A stretch of 64,000 nucleotides of DNA from positions 696,524-760,523 of the forward strand of contig MU053873.1 of NCBI GenBank assembly GCA_013239625.1, given 5' to 3'. The DNA is from Lama guanicoe (lineage: Eukaryota). How positions within the stretch are numbered: position 1 is the first letter of the stretch; each line of letters starts with the position of its first letter. Positions 1 through 10,700 of the stretch are shown here, in pieces. Position numbers and translations under genes: made by a program. The notes under the pieces are model-generated. The model had not been told where the DNA came from, did no database searches, and saw only the letters and a program-made list of their open reading frames with translations.

Positions 1-194
1 GAGGCTGTGATAAAAAATGTGAATGGTACAAAGAGTTTTCCATGAAAAGTAAGCCTTCCTCCTGCCCGTGATGCCCAGGCCTCAGTTTCAGGCTGCAGAC
101 TTCCCCCCATTACATACATACCTAGCCAGGTTTGGGGTAAGCAGGGCAGGGTCCCGCAGCCCCCTGACCTGTACCTTCCTCCCACCCTCAACAG

Positions 195-265
195 TGCACT
201 TGTGGCGGTTCTCAGGCGGCTACCCAGCCCTCATGGACTGCATGAACAAGCTCAAAAACAACAAG
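195..265 (+). CDS. NIPSNAP1: NIPSNAP1 internal coding exon (71 bp)
   Basis: acag|TGCACTTG...AACAAG|gtacgt; [23 protein letters not shown]. Confidence 0.95.
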
Positions 266-3200
266 GTACGTCGGCACCCATGTGGCAAACCTCTCTGGGT
301 ACCGGTTCTGGTTCAGCCCTGTGCTGGGGGCTGCCTCCGCCACTGCATGGGACGCACTTCCAGGGTTGGAGCACTTCCTGGCCGCTATACCCGAACTGCT
401 GTGCCCACAGGAGTACCTGGAGTTCCGAAAGGAGCGGAGCCAGATGCTGCTGTCCAGGAGAAACCAATTGCTTCTCGAGTTCAGCTTCTGGAACGAGCCA
501 CAGCCTAGAGCCGGCCCAAACATCTATGAGCTGAGGACGTACAAGCTCAAGGTGCCTCCCCCGCCAGGTCCCTACCTGCCTCCCACCTTCCCTGCAGCAG
601 TGCTGCTTTCCAGGTACCCGGAGGTGGGCAGGCCTTGTGCCCCAGCATCTAGACTGGGGCTTCTGGCCTATCCCTCCTGCCAGGCTCAGAACACAGGTGT
701 GTGCACACGTGTGCAACTGGGTGCGAGTCAGGGCCCCTGAATGAGGCAAAGCAGCCCCTGGGGCTGGGGAGATGTGACAGTTTCCCATCTTCACCCAATA
801 GTGATGCTTGAAATCCCAGGTGGGGCTCATTCCCACCTTCTCCTCTGGTTCTCTTTCAGCCAGGAACCATGATTGAGTGGGGGAACAACTGGTGAGTGGC
901 AGTTCCGGGAGTTGGGGTGGGGGACCCTGCCTACCTGCCCCTCCAAGGCCCCTGGTGGGTCACCTTCCCCAGGGTGCTCTGGCAGGGAACCTGGCATCCT
1001 CTGCGCCTCATGGATCCAGGAGAAGGTGATGGTCCAGCCAGGGGGTGGGGACTCTCTAGAGGATGGTGGTAGCACACCTAGGCAGTGGCTGCACCTCCAT
1101 CTCCCTGTTACCCGATCACTGCTGAGAGCTGAGGGCCCAACCTCAGGCTTCTCCCTTGATGTGCAACTGAGAAACCAGCCTGGGGACACCTCACAGGGCC
1201 CTCTGCACTGGCCCTGGCCTCTGCCCCACACTCTTCTGCCATCCCTAGGGCTCGGGCCATCAAGTACCGACAGGAGAACCAGGAGGCAGTGGGCGGCTTC
1301 TTCTCGCAGATAGGAGAGCTCTACGTGGTGCACCATCTCTGGGGTAGGTGGGGGACCCTCCAGGAGCCCTCTGTGGTCCCCTTTCTCCACTGTCACTCTA
1401 CATCGACAGTGGGAATACATCAGTGCTCTTATGGAGTTTATGTCCTAGGAGAGGGAGACACTACCTCCAACATAAACTAACAAAAATGATAATTTCAGAT
1501 TGTTACAAATACTGAAGAGACAGGGAGAAATAATGAAGAAAAACATTGGTACCTTCATTGGCTTGGATAGACGAAGAAGCCCTCTCTAAGGAGGTAAAAT
1601 GTAAACTCAGCTAAAGGATGAGGAGTCAGCTGTGAGTTGCCAGGGAAGGGTGTTCCAAGTAGAAGGAACAACATGTGCAAAGGCCCTGTGGTAGGGAAGA
1701 ACCTTCAGGGTTTTGAGGAGTGCTAAGGAGGCTGGTGTGGAGAGGGTAGAGAAGAGAGTTGGGAGGTAGGGGTGGCTAGATTAGGCTGGGCCTTGAAGGC
1801 CATTGGGTTGAGTTGAGATTTATTCTAAAGGCAACAAGAGACTGCTGCAGCCTTTTAAGCAGCATGATGTGACCTGATTTGTGTCCTAATATGATTCCTC
1901 TGGCTGCGTGTGCTTTGTTGAGAGCACTTTGTAGGGGAGCAAGAGAGGGAGTGGGGCATCAGGAGGTGGTTATACTAGTTCAGGTGGGAGAGGATGGCAG
2001 CCTGGCCTAAGGTGGTGGCTGTGAGGATGCCGAGAAACCCACAGATTCATTGGTCTGGAGGTGGAACTAGTGGGACCGGTGGGTGAATTGTCTGTGTGGG
2101 GCGAGGGAGGGAGCGAGGATTCCAGAACTCCCAGACAGGATCCTGCTTGAGCAGCTGTGTATCGCTTGCTGAGACCCTTGAAGGAGCAGGTTGGAGAGGT
2201 CAGGAGTATAATTTTGGTCCTTGGAAGTGTTATATTTGAGACGCTGACACATCTGAGTGGATATGTGAAGTGGACATCAGATATATGAGTCTAGAGCCCA
2301 AGGAAGAGTTCTGGGCTGGAAATAGACATTTGGGAGTTGTCAACAAGTGTACTAATTGGATGAAATTGTCAAAGCAGGCAGTGTTTGCTAACATCTGGAG
2401 GTATCCGGGGAGGAAGAGACTGCAGGGCAGTGTTCGGAGCAGTGGAAGGAGGGCCCCGTGCTGGGTACAGGATCAGATCCTCTGTGCCCAAGGAATGAGT
2501 CTATGCCTTCCCCACAGCCTATAAAGACCTGCAGTCCCGGGAGGAGACCAGAAACGCTGCCTGGAGGAAGAGGGGCTGGGATGAAAATGTCTACTACACA
2601 GGTGAGGTCAGCTGGGTTCTTGGAGGTCATCTGCCAGGAGCCCCATCTGAGGATGGAATCCCCTCTGCAAGGAGATCTAGCCTCCCTTGACTACCTCCAG
2701 TGATGGGGAACTCACTTTCAAGACAATGAGTTACTAGGTTCCTATCTTGGTGGCATGTTCCACATGATGCAGGCCATCCTAGGTGAGCTCTCAGGGTCAG
2801 TAACACAGCCAGGCAGTCCCTGCCTCAGCAGTGTCATCCTTGAGCACACAGTGTCACCTTGGGCATGGTTCTTAGCCTCACTGATGCTGTTTTCCATCTG
2901 TAAGATGGCGCTGGTGATGGTGCTCCCCAGAGGGCTGGAGGGAGGGTTCCGGGAGCTAATTGATGACGAGTGCTTTGCTCAGACTCTGGCCCACAGAAAG
3001 CACACAGTGGTTTTTTTTCAAGCAAGTTTTTTGCTTAGTGTTCACCGCTTTGCTGGGATCCCTGAGAACCACCTGGAGTCAGTAGGTGCTGATAGAGCCC
3101 TCAGTGTGTGCCGGGGACAGTCGTGGGCGGCAGGGTTGGGAGGTGAAGGATGAACAGAAACCTATCCCCGCCCTTAAGGAACTTATAGCTGAGTTTCCAC

Positions 3201-3968
3201 ACTTACCAACTGGTGTGCGGGCGAATACGTCTCCTGAAGGAGTCAGCAGGAGCCTCGCTCTTCAAAGCATGGTGACAGTGTCAGCATCCCCTGGGAGCTT
3301 GTTAGAGATGCCGAATCTCAACCCCCTCACTCCTCTCAGTAAATCAGAATCTGCGCTTGAACAGGGACTGTAGGTAATTTGTAAACATGGTAAAGTTTAA
3401 CAGCTCTGAGCGGGAGGAAAGAGTCTGACCTACTTGGTGACCTTGGGCTGACCCCCTCTGGACTGCAGTGTCCCCATCTGTAAAATGAGTCAGTTCAACT
3501 AAATTGGTGTTTTTTAAACCTTAGCCGCTTAAGGACACTCTTCCAGTTTACTTTTGCTACAATTATTTTCCAGATATTTTTCTTTGAATCTCCCTACTTT
3601 GGTCTTCACCCAGCTTTGTCCTACGCAGTAATACATGCGAAATCACTTCTTAACTATGCTAGTTATTTTTTCACATACACAGGGAAACAAATGTATAATT
3701 ATGAACAAATTTTAAGTCACATTTCATCACAACCTAAGACCCCTCATATCCCACGATTTGGGAGACCTGGTGCTCTCCATGGGTCATTCTGGGAGAGCAG
3801 TGGGGTTCTCCGTCTCAGCATCCCAGGCCTCCTCCTTCAAAGGCCAGTTTGGGGTGTTGGCTCGCCTAAGCCCCCTCCTTGACCTCTGCCTCTCTCTCTG
3901 CAGTCCCCCTGGTGCGACACATGGAGTCTCGGATCATGATCCCTTTGAAGATCTCGCCTCTCCAGTGA
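195..3968 (+). CDS. NIPSNAP1: NIPSNAP1 (protein NipSnap homolog 1), 3' part; join(195..265,411..551,860..891,1249..1343,2518..2601,3904..3968); 5' exons lie before the window
   Basis: Six AG/GT-bounded exons with compatible phases translate to [38 protein letters not shown]...[100 protein letters not shown], the NIPSNAP1 C-terminal half. Confidence 0.96.
411..551 (+). CDS. NIPSNAP1: NIPSNAP1 internal coding exon (141 bp)
   Basis: cacag|GAGTAC...CTCAAG|gtgcct; [11 protein letters not shown]...YKLK. Confidence 0.95.
860..891 (+). CDS. NIPSNAP1: NIPSNAP1 internal coding exon (32 bp)
   Basis: tttcag|CCAGGAACC...AACTG|gtgagt; [11 protein letters not shown]. Confidence 0.95.
1249..1343 (+). CDS. 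NIPSNAP1: NIPSNAP1 internal coding exon (95 bp)
   Basis: cctag|GGCTCGG...TGGG|gtaggt; [31 protein letters not shown]. Confidence 0.95.
1400..2370 (-). mobile_element. LINE-2 fragment (old)
   Basis: Typical antisense L2 motifs such as gggaagggtgttccaagtagaaggaacaacatgtgcaaaggccctgtgg and gagttctgggctggaaatagacatttgggagt; boundaries approximate. Confidence 0.7.
2518..2601 (+). CDS. NIPSNAP1: NIPSNAP1 penultimate coding exon (84 bp)
   Basis: cacag|CCTATAAA...ACAG|gtgagg; [27 protein letters not shown]. Confidence 0.95.
3255..3410. mobile_element. MER5-like hAT-Charlie MITE remnant
   Basis: cagcatcccctgggagcttgttagagatgccgaatctc...aatcagaatctgc resembles the MER5 core. Confidence 0.55.
3904..3968 (+). 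CDS. NIPSNAP1: NIPSNAP1 last exon, coding part to TGA
   Basis: tgcag|TCCCCCTG...[26 protein letters not shown]. Confidence 0.95.
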
Positions 3969-4197
3969 TGCTGCTGCTGCCTCCACCTCCTTCTCCCTAC
4001 TCCCTCAGGGTAGCCACGGACAGAGGAGTTCCCGGTCCTGCTGTTTTGGTTTTCTCTCGGATCCTGTGGACTCTGGGGGGTAGTGCTCAGCTCAGACAAG
4101 AGGGAGCTGAAGGATAATGGGTTTCTGAGGACTTACAGTCTGCCCAGACCCTGCCCATCTTCCCCGCCCACCGCTTCCCCTGTGCTAGAAGCAGGGT

Positions 4198-4240
4198 TTT
4201 TGTTGTTGTTGTTGTTGCTTTTTGTTGTTGTTGTTGTTTT
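4198..4240 (+). repeat. (GTT)n microsatellite in NIPSNAP1 3'UTR
   Basis: tgttgttgttgttgttgctttttgttgttgttgttgtttt. Confidence 0.85.
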
Positions 4241-5119
4241 AGAAGCAGTTTTTAATTTCTCTGAATGAAGAACAGTAACCTTTTATATCTTTTCACATTC
4301 CCCCCTAAGATTCTTCATCTTAAGGCCACCAGTCTACGGTCATCATCCTGGAAATCCTCAGTTTAGCTTTAATTGCACAAAGGGTAGTGTGTCCAGTGGC
4401 TAGAGGTGGGATGGGAAGGGAGGAGATCAGACCAGGCCAGGCTCTCAGGAATTCCCTGGTCTCCACTGGGCTACCCACTTGCTGGACAGTCTGAGCCAAG
4501 ACCCTCCAGCTGGAGAAAAGCCTAGAACTGCCTCAAGAAACAGAAGGGAAAACTGTCAAGTTAGCAAAGTCATCAGGACCTCTATATATTCCACCCAGAA
4601 AGGCTGGGAAAAGGAATGGGAGCTGGGAAGGATCTGGGGAGGGAAACAGAACAAGAACCAAGAATGTAGAACTTAGAACTCAGAACTTGGGCTTGAACTG
4701 TAGAATCTGGAATACAGAATTGGGAAGATAGAATAGGGGTGACAAAAGACCACTTGGGAAGGAATTCCTAATATAAGATACTTGTAGAGAGGACCATCTC
4801 TTTCTCCTCATGTAATGAGGTTGAGAACTTGAGTCATTCCAGCCCTTTTGTGCAGGGAGTGTGTCCGGCCCTCCCTACTTCCCTCCTGCAGGCAAAGCTA
4901 TGGGCTATGTCCTGTATTTCCTTCACCCTGCATTCCTTTACTCCCTCTTCACATTTTATCAGCCCAACCCTCATTCTCCTGGGCCATAGGATATGTGGAG
5001 TGGGGTCAATGACTTTGTAGGGGAGCTTCTTCAGTGACCCTCACAGCTCATGAACCTCTGGGTAGCTTGATTCTGCCTCCCTTTCAGGAAAATTTGTGCT
5101 GGAGTCGCTGATGGAACCA

Positions 5120-5125
5120 ATTAAA
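5120..5125 (+). terminator. NIPSNAP1: Candidate NIPSNAP1 polyadenylation signal ATTAAA (alternative AATAAA at 5425-5430)
   Basis: ATTAAA ~1.15 kb after the stop, followed ~20 nt later by the GU/U-rich ggtgtctttttcttcattt. Confidence 0.55.
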
Positions 5126-5739
5126 TATTTACTATAAAGCACGGTGTCTTTTCTTCATTTGCAAGGAAATTTGGCAGGTGCCTGATGCAGGGCCAGTTTC
5201 CCAGGCCCACCTGGCTGGTCTGCCCCACTGGAGGGTATCGTGTTTCCTGAGCTGGCAGGGAGGGCCTCCCGGTATGGCAGAAAGAACTGCATTGCATAAC
5301 CAGGGATTCAGGACATCTGTTTTTCTACCTCCAGATAAGTAGGGTTTACACCAAAAGCCCTGAACCTTGCATGTACCATTCATACCAGGGGCAGAAAACT
5401 CTAGTGAGTTGTGACTCTGCCTTGAATAAATCAGGCCCCAAAGGGGGACATCACTAATGCACCTGTGGGGAAAAAAATAACTGTAAGGTGGAATTAATGC
5501 TCTCCCTGACTTGCTGCCCTCACTAGTGTGGGATGTTAGGGTGGAAATGACGGTTTAGAATGCAGGTTATGGAAACAAATCCACGGGGGTCCAAATCTTG
5601 TCACTACCACGCTCCTGTGTTGTCCTGGGCGTGGGACAAACTCATTCAACAAGTACTTGGCTGAGGGTCTACTAGTTGAAGAAAGAATGAGCGAGGCACA
5701 TAAGAGTCTTCGCCCTTCCAGCCTTGATTCCTGGGTTTC

Positions 5740-6290
5740 AGAGCGCAGCGCGAGGCTACTGGCCGGCTGGGGAACGCCCTGACAACCCACGTACTGGCCG
5801 CTCCCTTTCCCCTCGGCCGCCCAGCCGCTGCCTGCACCCCTTGCCGGTGGGTTGGGACCCTCCGCGGTTGCTTCCGGCCCCCGCGCCCCACTTCCGGTCG
5901 GCCGCTCCTTCCTTCCGCTTCTCTATGGTGCGCGGGCTGCAGTGTCCATGACGCCGGAAGCGGCTCGTTCCCCGGGACAGGTTCTAGGAGCCGTGAGGTG
6001 AGGAGGGGGCCGGGGTGGCGGGGCCGCGCTGCAGAGCGTGGCGGGACAGGGAGGGGCGCGCCGGGACTGAGGTGCGGTCCCCTGAGGGCGTCGCCGGGCT
6101 GGAGTCCGACCCAGTTCTCCGTCCTCATTCCGCGAGGACCCTGGCTGCTCACCGCCGCGCTCTCAGTTTCGTCCTGTGGAAAATGTTGGCTGCAGCCTCG
6201 TCAGGCCCCACAGTGCAGCCTTTAAATGACCCGACGACGGTGACAGTGGCGATAGCAGCTCACGTTTACTGCGTGTGTGTGCGCCAGGCA
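5740..6290 (+). promoter_or_regulatory. THOC5: THOC5 CpG-island promoter with ETS/GABP-type CTTCCGG/CCGGAAG motifs
   Basis: CpG-dense and GC-rich; cttccgg at 5871 and 5891, ccggaag at 5954; no TATA box seen. Confidence 0.8.
5890..5997 (+). other. THOC5: THOC5 non-coding exon 1 (5' end approximate)
   Basis: Lies within the CpG island and ends at the donor GAG|gtgagg (5998); the next exon carries the ATG. Confidence 0.6.
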
Positions 6291-7159
6291 CTATTTACTG
6301 TGATGCTAAAGTCAGGTTTTCCCACACTTCACGCCTTTCTGGTCCCATCTTTGTGGGTTTTGCGAAAGCAACTTACCGCGTACGGCTGTTTACTAGAGGT
6401 TTTTAACCGAGTCACTTTTTAAATTTAAATTGATTTAAAAGAAAAGTTTAAGTCTTTACCATAAATAGAAAGCTTCTTTCACTTGTTCTATTCCGAAGGT
6501 AATGATAAAATTTTAATGTATTTAATATGAAAACAGGTCCTTGTTAATAATTGTGGCTAGATTTCATTGTCAAAGGCTCTGAGACAGAGTCCTTTTGTTA
6601 ACAAAGGAACGTTGGCATTTGTAGATGTTAAAGGCAGATTCGATAAATGAGACGTTCTTGAGACAATCAGAAGTTTCTAAAAACAATGGAAAGGGACTGA
6701 CTTTCTCCTTAGGTGTTGAGCAATGTCAGTCACCCATGTGTCATTAAAAGCCCCACTCCCATGTCCTCTTCCTCACCTTCCCCAGTGGAGTGCCTCCTGT
6801 GTTCATGTCCACAACAACCCCTGGTAGAGATGGCTGTTCTGATCTGTGAGGAAACAGACCCAGAGAAAAGTGAGGGGACTTGTCCCAGGGCTCAAGGGGC
6901 GGAGACTCCAAGACAGGGCTTCTCTGAGTCTACTCTGATGAGGTCCTGACTCCCTCAGTAAGCGTTGGTGACATTCACTAGGAGAGGGGGAGAGTGTTGC
7001 CCACTTCTGGGGCCTCTGGTCACAATCAGTAGAAGTGACAGATGGAGGCTGCTTTGTGACCCTAGAGCCCCATGAAATTAGATTCTGTTCTTTTAAATTG
7101 TGGGGTCAACCAGGGAGTTGATGGCATTACCAGATAACATGGTGGCAAAACCATAAGAC

Positions 7160-7370
7160 ACAGTAATGTAGTTGTCAAGAGCACTGATGTGGCATGGCTT
7201 TAGCGTACTAGCCATGTGACCTTGGGTAAGTCATTCACCTTCCTGACACTCAGTGTTCTCATCTGTAAAATGGTACTTGTTTGTATCTGAGAGCATCCCT
7301 GTTATAAGGACCAAATGAGAACATACCCATGAAGTGCTTAAATCGAGGTCCAGCACACAACGATCAATCA
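7160..7370 (+). mobile_element. MIR SINE
   Basis: MIR core: tgtgaccttgggtaagtcattcaccttcctgacactcagtgttctcatctgtaaaatgg. Confidence 0.75.
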
Positions 7371-7692
7371 GTAGTATTGCGGCTTACATGCCTGACTGAG
7401 AAGTTTGGTCAGTGGGGTGGTAGTGGTGCCCTTAAAGGAGGTGGAGTTGGAGAAGATGAGTTCATTTTGGACAGGCTGAGAGATGATCCCCCTTTTTACA
7501 GAGGATTAAATAGGCTTGGGAAAGATTGAGTGACTTTTCTTGAGTTGCTGAGAGTATAAGCGGCCAGAACTGCTAGTTAGACTTCAGTTATCCTGACTCC
7601 AGGAAAATCTTCAGTTCCAACTCTGGAAAAGCTCAGATGTTTTCTCCTTTGAACAGGTCTCTGCTGTTTCCTCCTGAATTCACCAAACAGCC

Positions 7693-7788
7693 ATGTCATC
7701 AGAATCGAGCAAAAAACGGAAGCCCAAAGTGATCCGAAGTGATGGAGCTCCATCTGAAGGGAAGCGTAATCGTTCTGAAACTGAACAG
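7693..7788 (+). CDS. THOC5: THOC5 first coding exon
   Basis: ccATGTCATCA...GAACAG|gtgaga; [32 protein letters not shown]. Confidence 0.95.
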
Positions 7789-10700
7789 GTGAGATCAGCC
7801 AGGGCTGCCGTGCTGCTGAGAAATTGCCGCTCATGGCCGAGTACCTGACTGTGGGTTTGCAGTAGCTGAGGGTCACATTCACAACCTCCCAGGTGGCCTC
7901 TGCTTGACCAGATGCCTGGAATTCCCTTGCCTATTTGAAACCTGAGTATCCATGTTACATTTAGCTGCAGCATCCCAAGAACCACCAAGCCTATATTAGG
8001 CATGGTTAGTGCCTGAACAAAGAATGTCTTCTAGTATAATGTGTGTCTCTAGTTCTCCTGATGGTCAGAAAAATGCAGTCCATCTGCAGCATGCCACTAG
8101 AGCTCTGGGGATGTGGCATCCCTGGGTTGCTGCCAAGACAGTACCAGAACCATGTACCCTCTTGTGTGGCCTGAGTGTTCGTGTTCAGCAGGTTCTTTTC
8201 CTTTTGTTGTTTCTCTGTCCTGGAATTTGTCAAGCTAATTTATGATGTAACAGTTTGATTGGTTGGTTATATTTTTTGTTTGTTTTTTAAATGAGAATAG
8301 AGCAACACAGCTTAAATTTAAATAGAAGAGAATGCTTTCCTCAGATTTAGGAAATTAAGATTAATAAAGAACCTTATCCTTGGGGGACCATTGATTCTGA
8401 TTCACTCTCTTTTTTGTTGTTAAATTGAGGTATAATTGACATATAACATTATATTAATTTCAGGTGTACAACATAATCATTGATACTTATTTTGTGATCA
8501 CTGCAGTAAGTCTAGTTAACATCCGTTACATTACATAGTTACAGAATTTTTTTTCTTGTGATGAAAACTTTCAAGATCTACTTTCTTAGCAACTTTCAAA
8601 TATACAGTACAGTATTATTAACTGTAACTGACTCTCTCTTAAAGAGATATGTTCTGTTTACTCCAAAGGCTGGGAGCCAGTTAGGATGTTTTAGTAGTTT
8701 CTACAAAAGGATATTTAGTTTCTACAAAAGCTTAATTTGACCATCTACATCTTATGAATTCTGGTTCGTCTATATGTAACCATTTTGATGGAGATCTGTA
8801 TTGGGATGGGAAATTACACTAAATAGCATGAACAATGTTATACCATTTTATTTAAAAATAAAATTTGTATTTATCTGCCGTATTAATAATGAAGTTATTT
8901 CAGGCTGGGAGGTGAGATTATAGGCAATTTTTCATTTTGTTTTTGACACTCCTCACTATATTCTGAATCTCTGACACCAAGCACATATTGCTTTATAATC
9001 AGAAAGAGGAAAAGAGAAATTATTTTTCATTTTGAAAAGAAGAAGAACGTTTGATTTGAGGACCAGATTCTTTAGAGACCTGTTGAGGCTTCATTGTTAC
9101 TGATCTCAGCCAAGTGTCCCTGGTTCCAACAGGGAGACTTTTACCCCCAACCCAAGGCCTGAATCCTTACCTCCACAGGAAGGTAAATACTACAGCGAGG
9201 AGGCTGAGGTGGACCTGCGGGACCCCGGCAGAGACTACGAGCTGTACAAGTACACATGCCAGGAGTTGCAGAGGCTCATGGCTGAGATCCAGGACCTGAA
9301 GAGCAGGGGAGGCAAGGATGCGGTAAGGAGTGGGACCAGGTGGACATGGACCTGGTGAGTCTGCATGGAGGGACCTGTTTCACACCTATCAGAGCCTTTC
9401 CTGATATCAGTCTTATGTCCTGCCATGATCAGGTGGCTGAAGTCTGGGGGCTCCAGACACCTGCCTATTAATTTATTATAACATCTCCACCCAATCACCA
9501 ATTACAGTCATGAAAGTACAGGATAATGAATTTTTTTCACAACTGTAATTTGATAATTCACCCAAATAATATTTATTAAGTGCTGGACATTTTACTGGGT
9601 ATGGAGAGATAATAGTCCATGTCAGTCACCCTTACTGTACAAAGATAGATATGTACAAGTAAACCATAAAAGCCAAAAGCTAAATTGTTAATATTAAATA
9701 AATAAATAAATGAGGCTTCAGGGCAAAGAAACAAAACAGTGTGACGGAAAACTAGATGGATAAGTTCAAAGCAAAATAATCCATATTTTTCCAGGAATCT
9801 CACTTGTTTGTGCTTATACTGGGAAATATTGTTAAGATTGTTACATCCTATCTAGTTTACTGCAGTCAGGCTTTACAGCTATAATTCTATTTTCATTTGT
9901 TCTGTAATGTTATTTACAGGGGTCAAATTGTATGGCGTGACATTGCTATCATTTGGATCTTTGTGTGAGATGTGTAAGGACAGCTATTAATTGTGCATTG
10001 GCTGTACTTGCTCCATCTTGAATTCCTGTTACTTTGGTCCAGGCAGAAATTGTTTTTATTTTTGCCTGGGAACCCCAAGCATTTTCCTAATACCATCATT
10101 CTTCCATTTCCCTCTGACACTTCTTATGGTTCTGAGCTCCTTCCAGTGTTTGTTTTTGACCCTGGATAAGGCTGGGTCAGCAGTGAAGGGCTGAAGGAAG
10201 CTGAGCCAGCACCTGTTGTCAAAGTCTTTATCAGTTTTCTTTGCCTGCAGGCAGTTGAGATTGAAGAACGGAGGATCCGGAGCTGTGTGCATTTTATGAC
10301 TCTAAAGAAGCTTAACCGCTTAGCCCACATCAGGTTGAAGAAAGGAAGAGATCAGACCCATGAGGTAGGAGATGAGAGGTTTAGCCCTCCTCCTTCCTCC
10401 TCCCCACCACCTCCCTGATCCCCTTTACCCCTGAGTTTGCTGCTGCTCTGCTTTGCCCCACCCCACCCTGACGTGCCCCACTCACCTCTGACCTTGTCCT
10501 CCCTTCAGGCCAAGCAGAAAGTGGACGCCTATCACCTGCAGCTCCAGAACCTGCTGTATGAGGTGATGCACCTGCAGAAGGAGATCACCAAATGTCTGGA
10601 GTTTAAGTGAGTTTTGGAGCTATGGGCTTTGGCAAGATGGTTTGTTGATAATTGCTCTTTCCTGCATAGCTCACTGTGAGCCAGTCTCTTTAAAAAGAAG

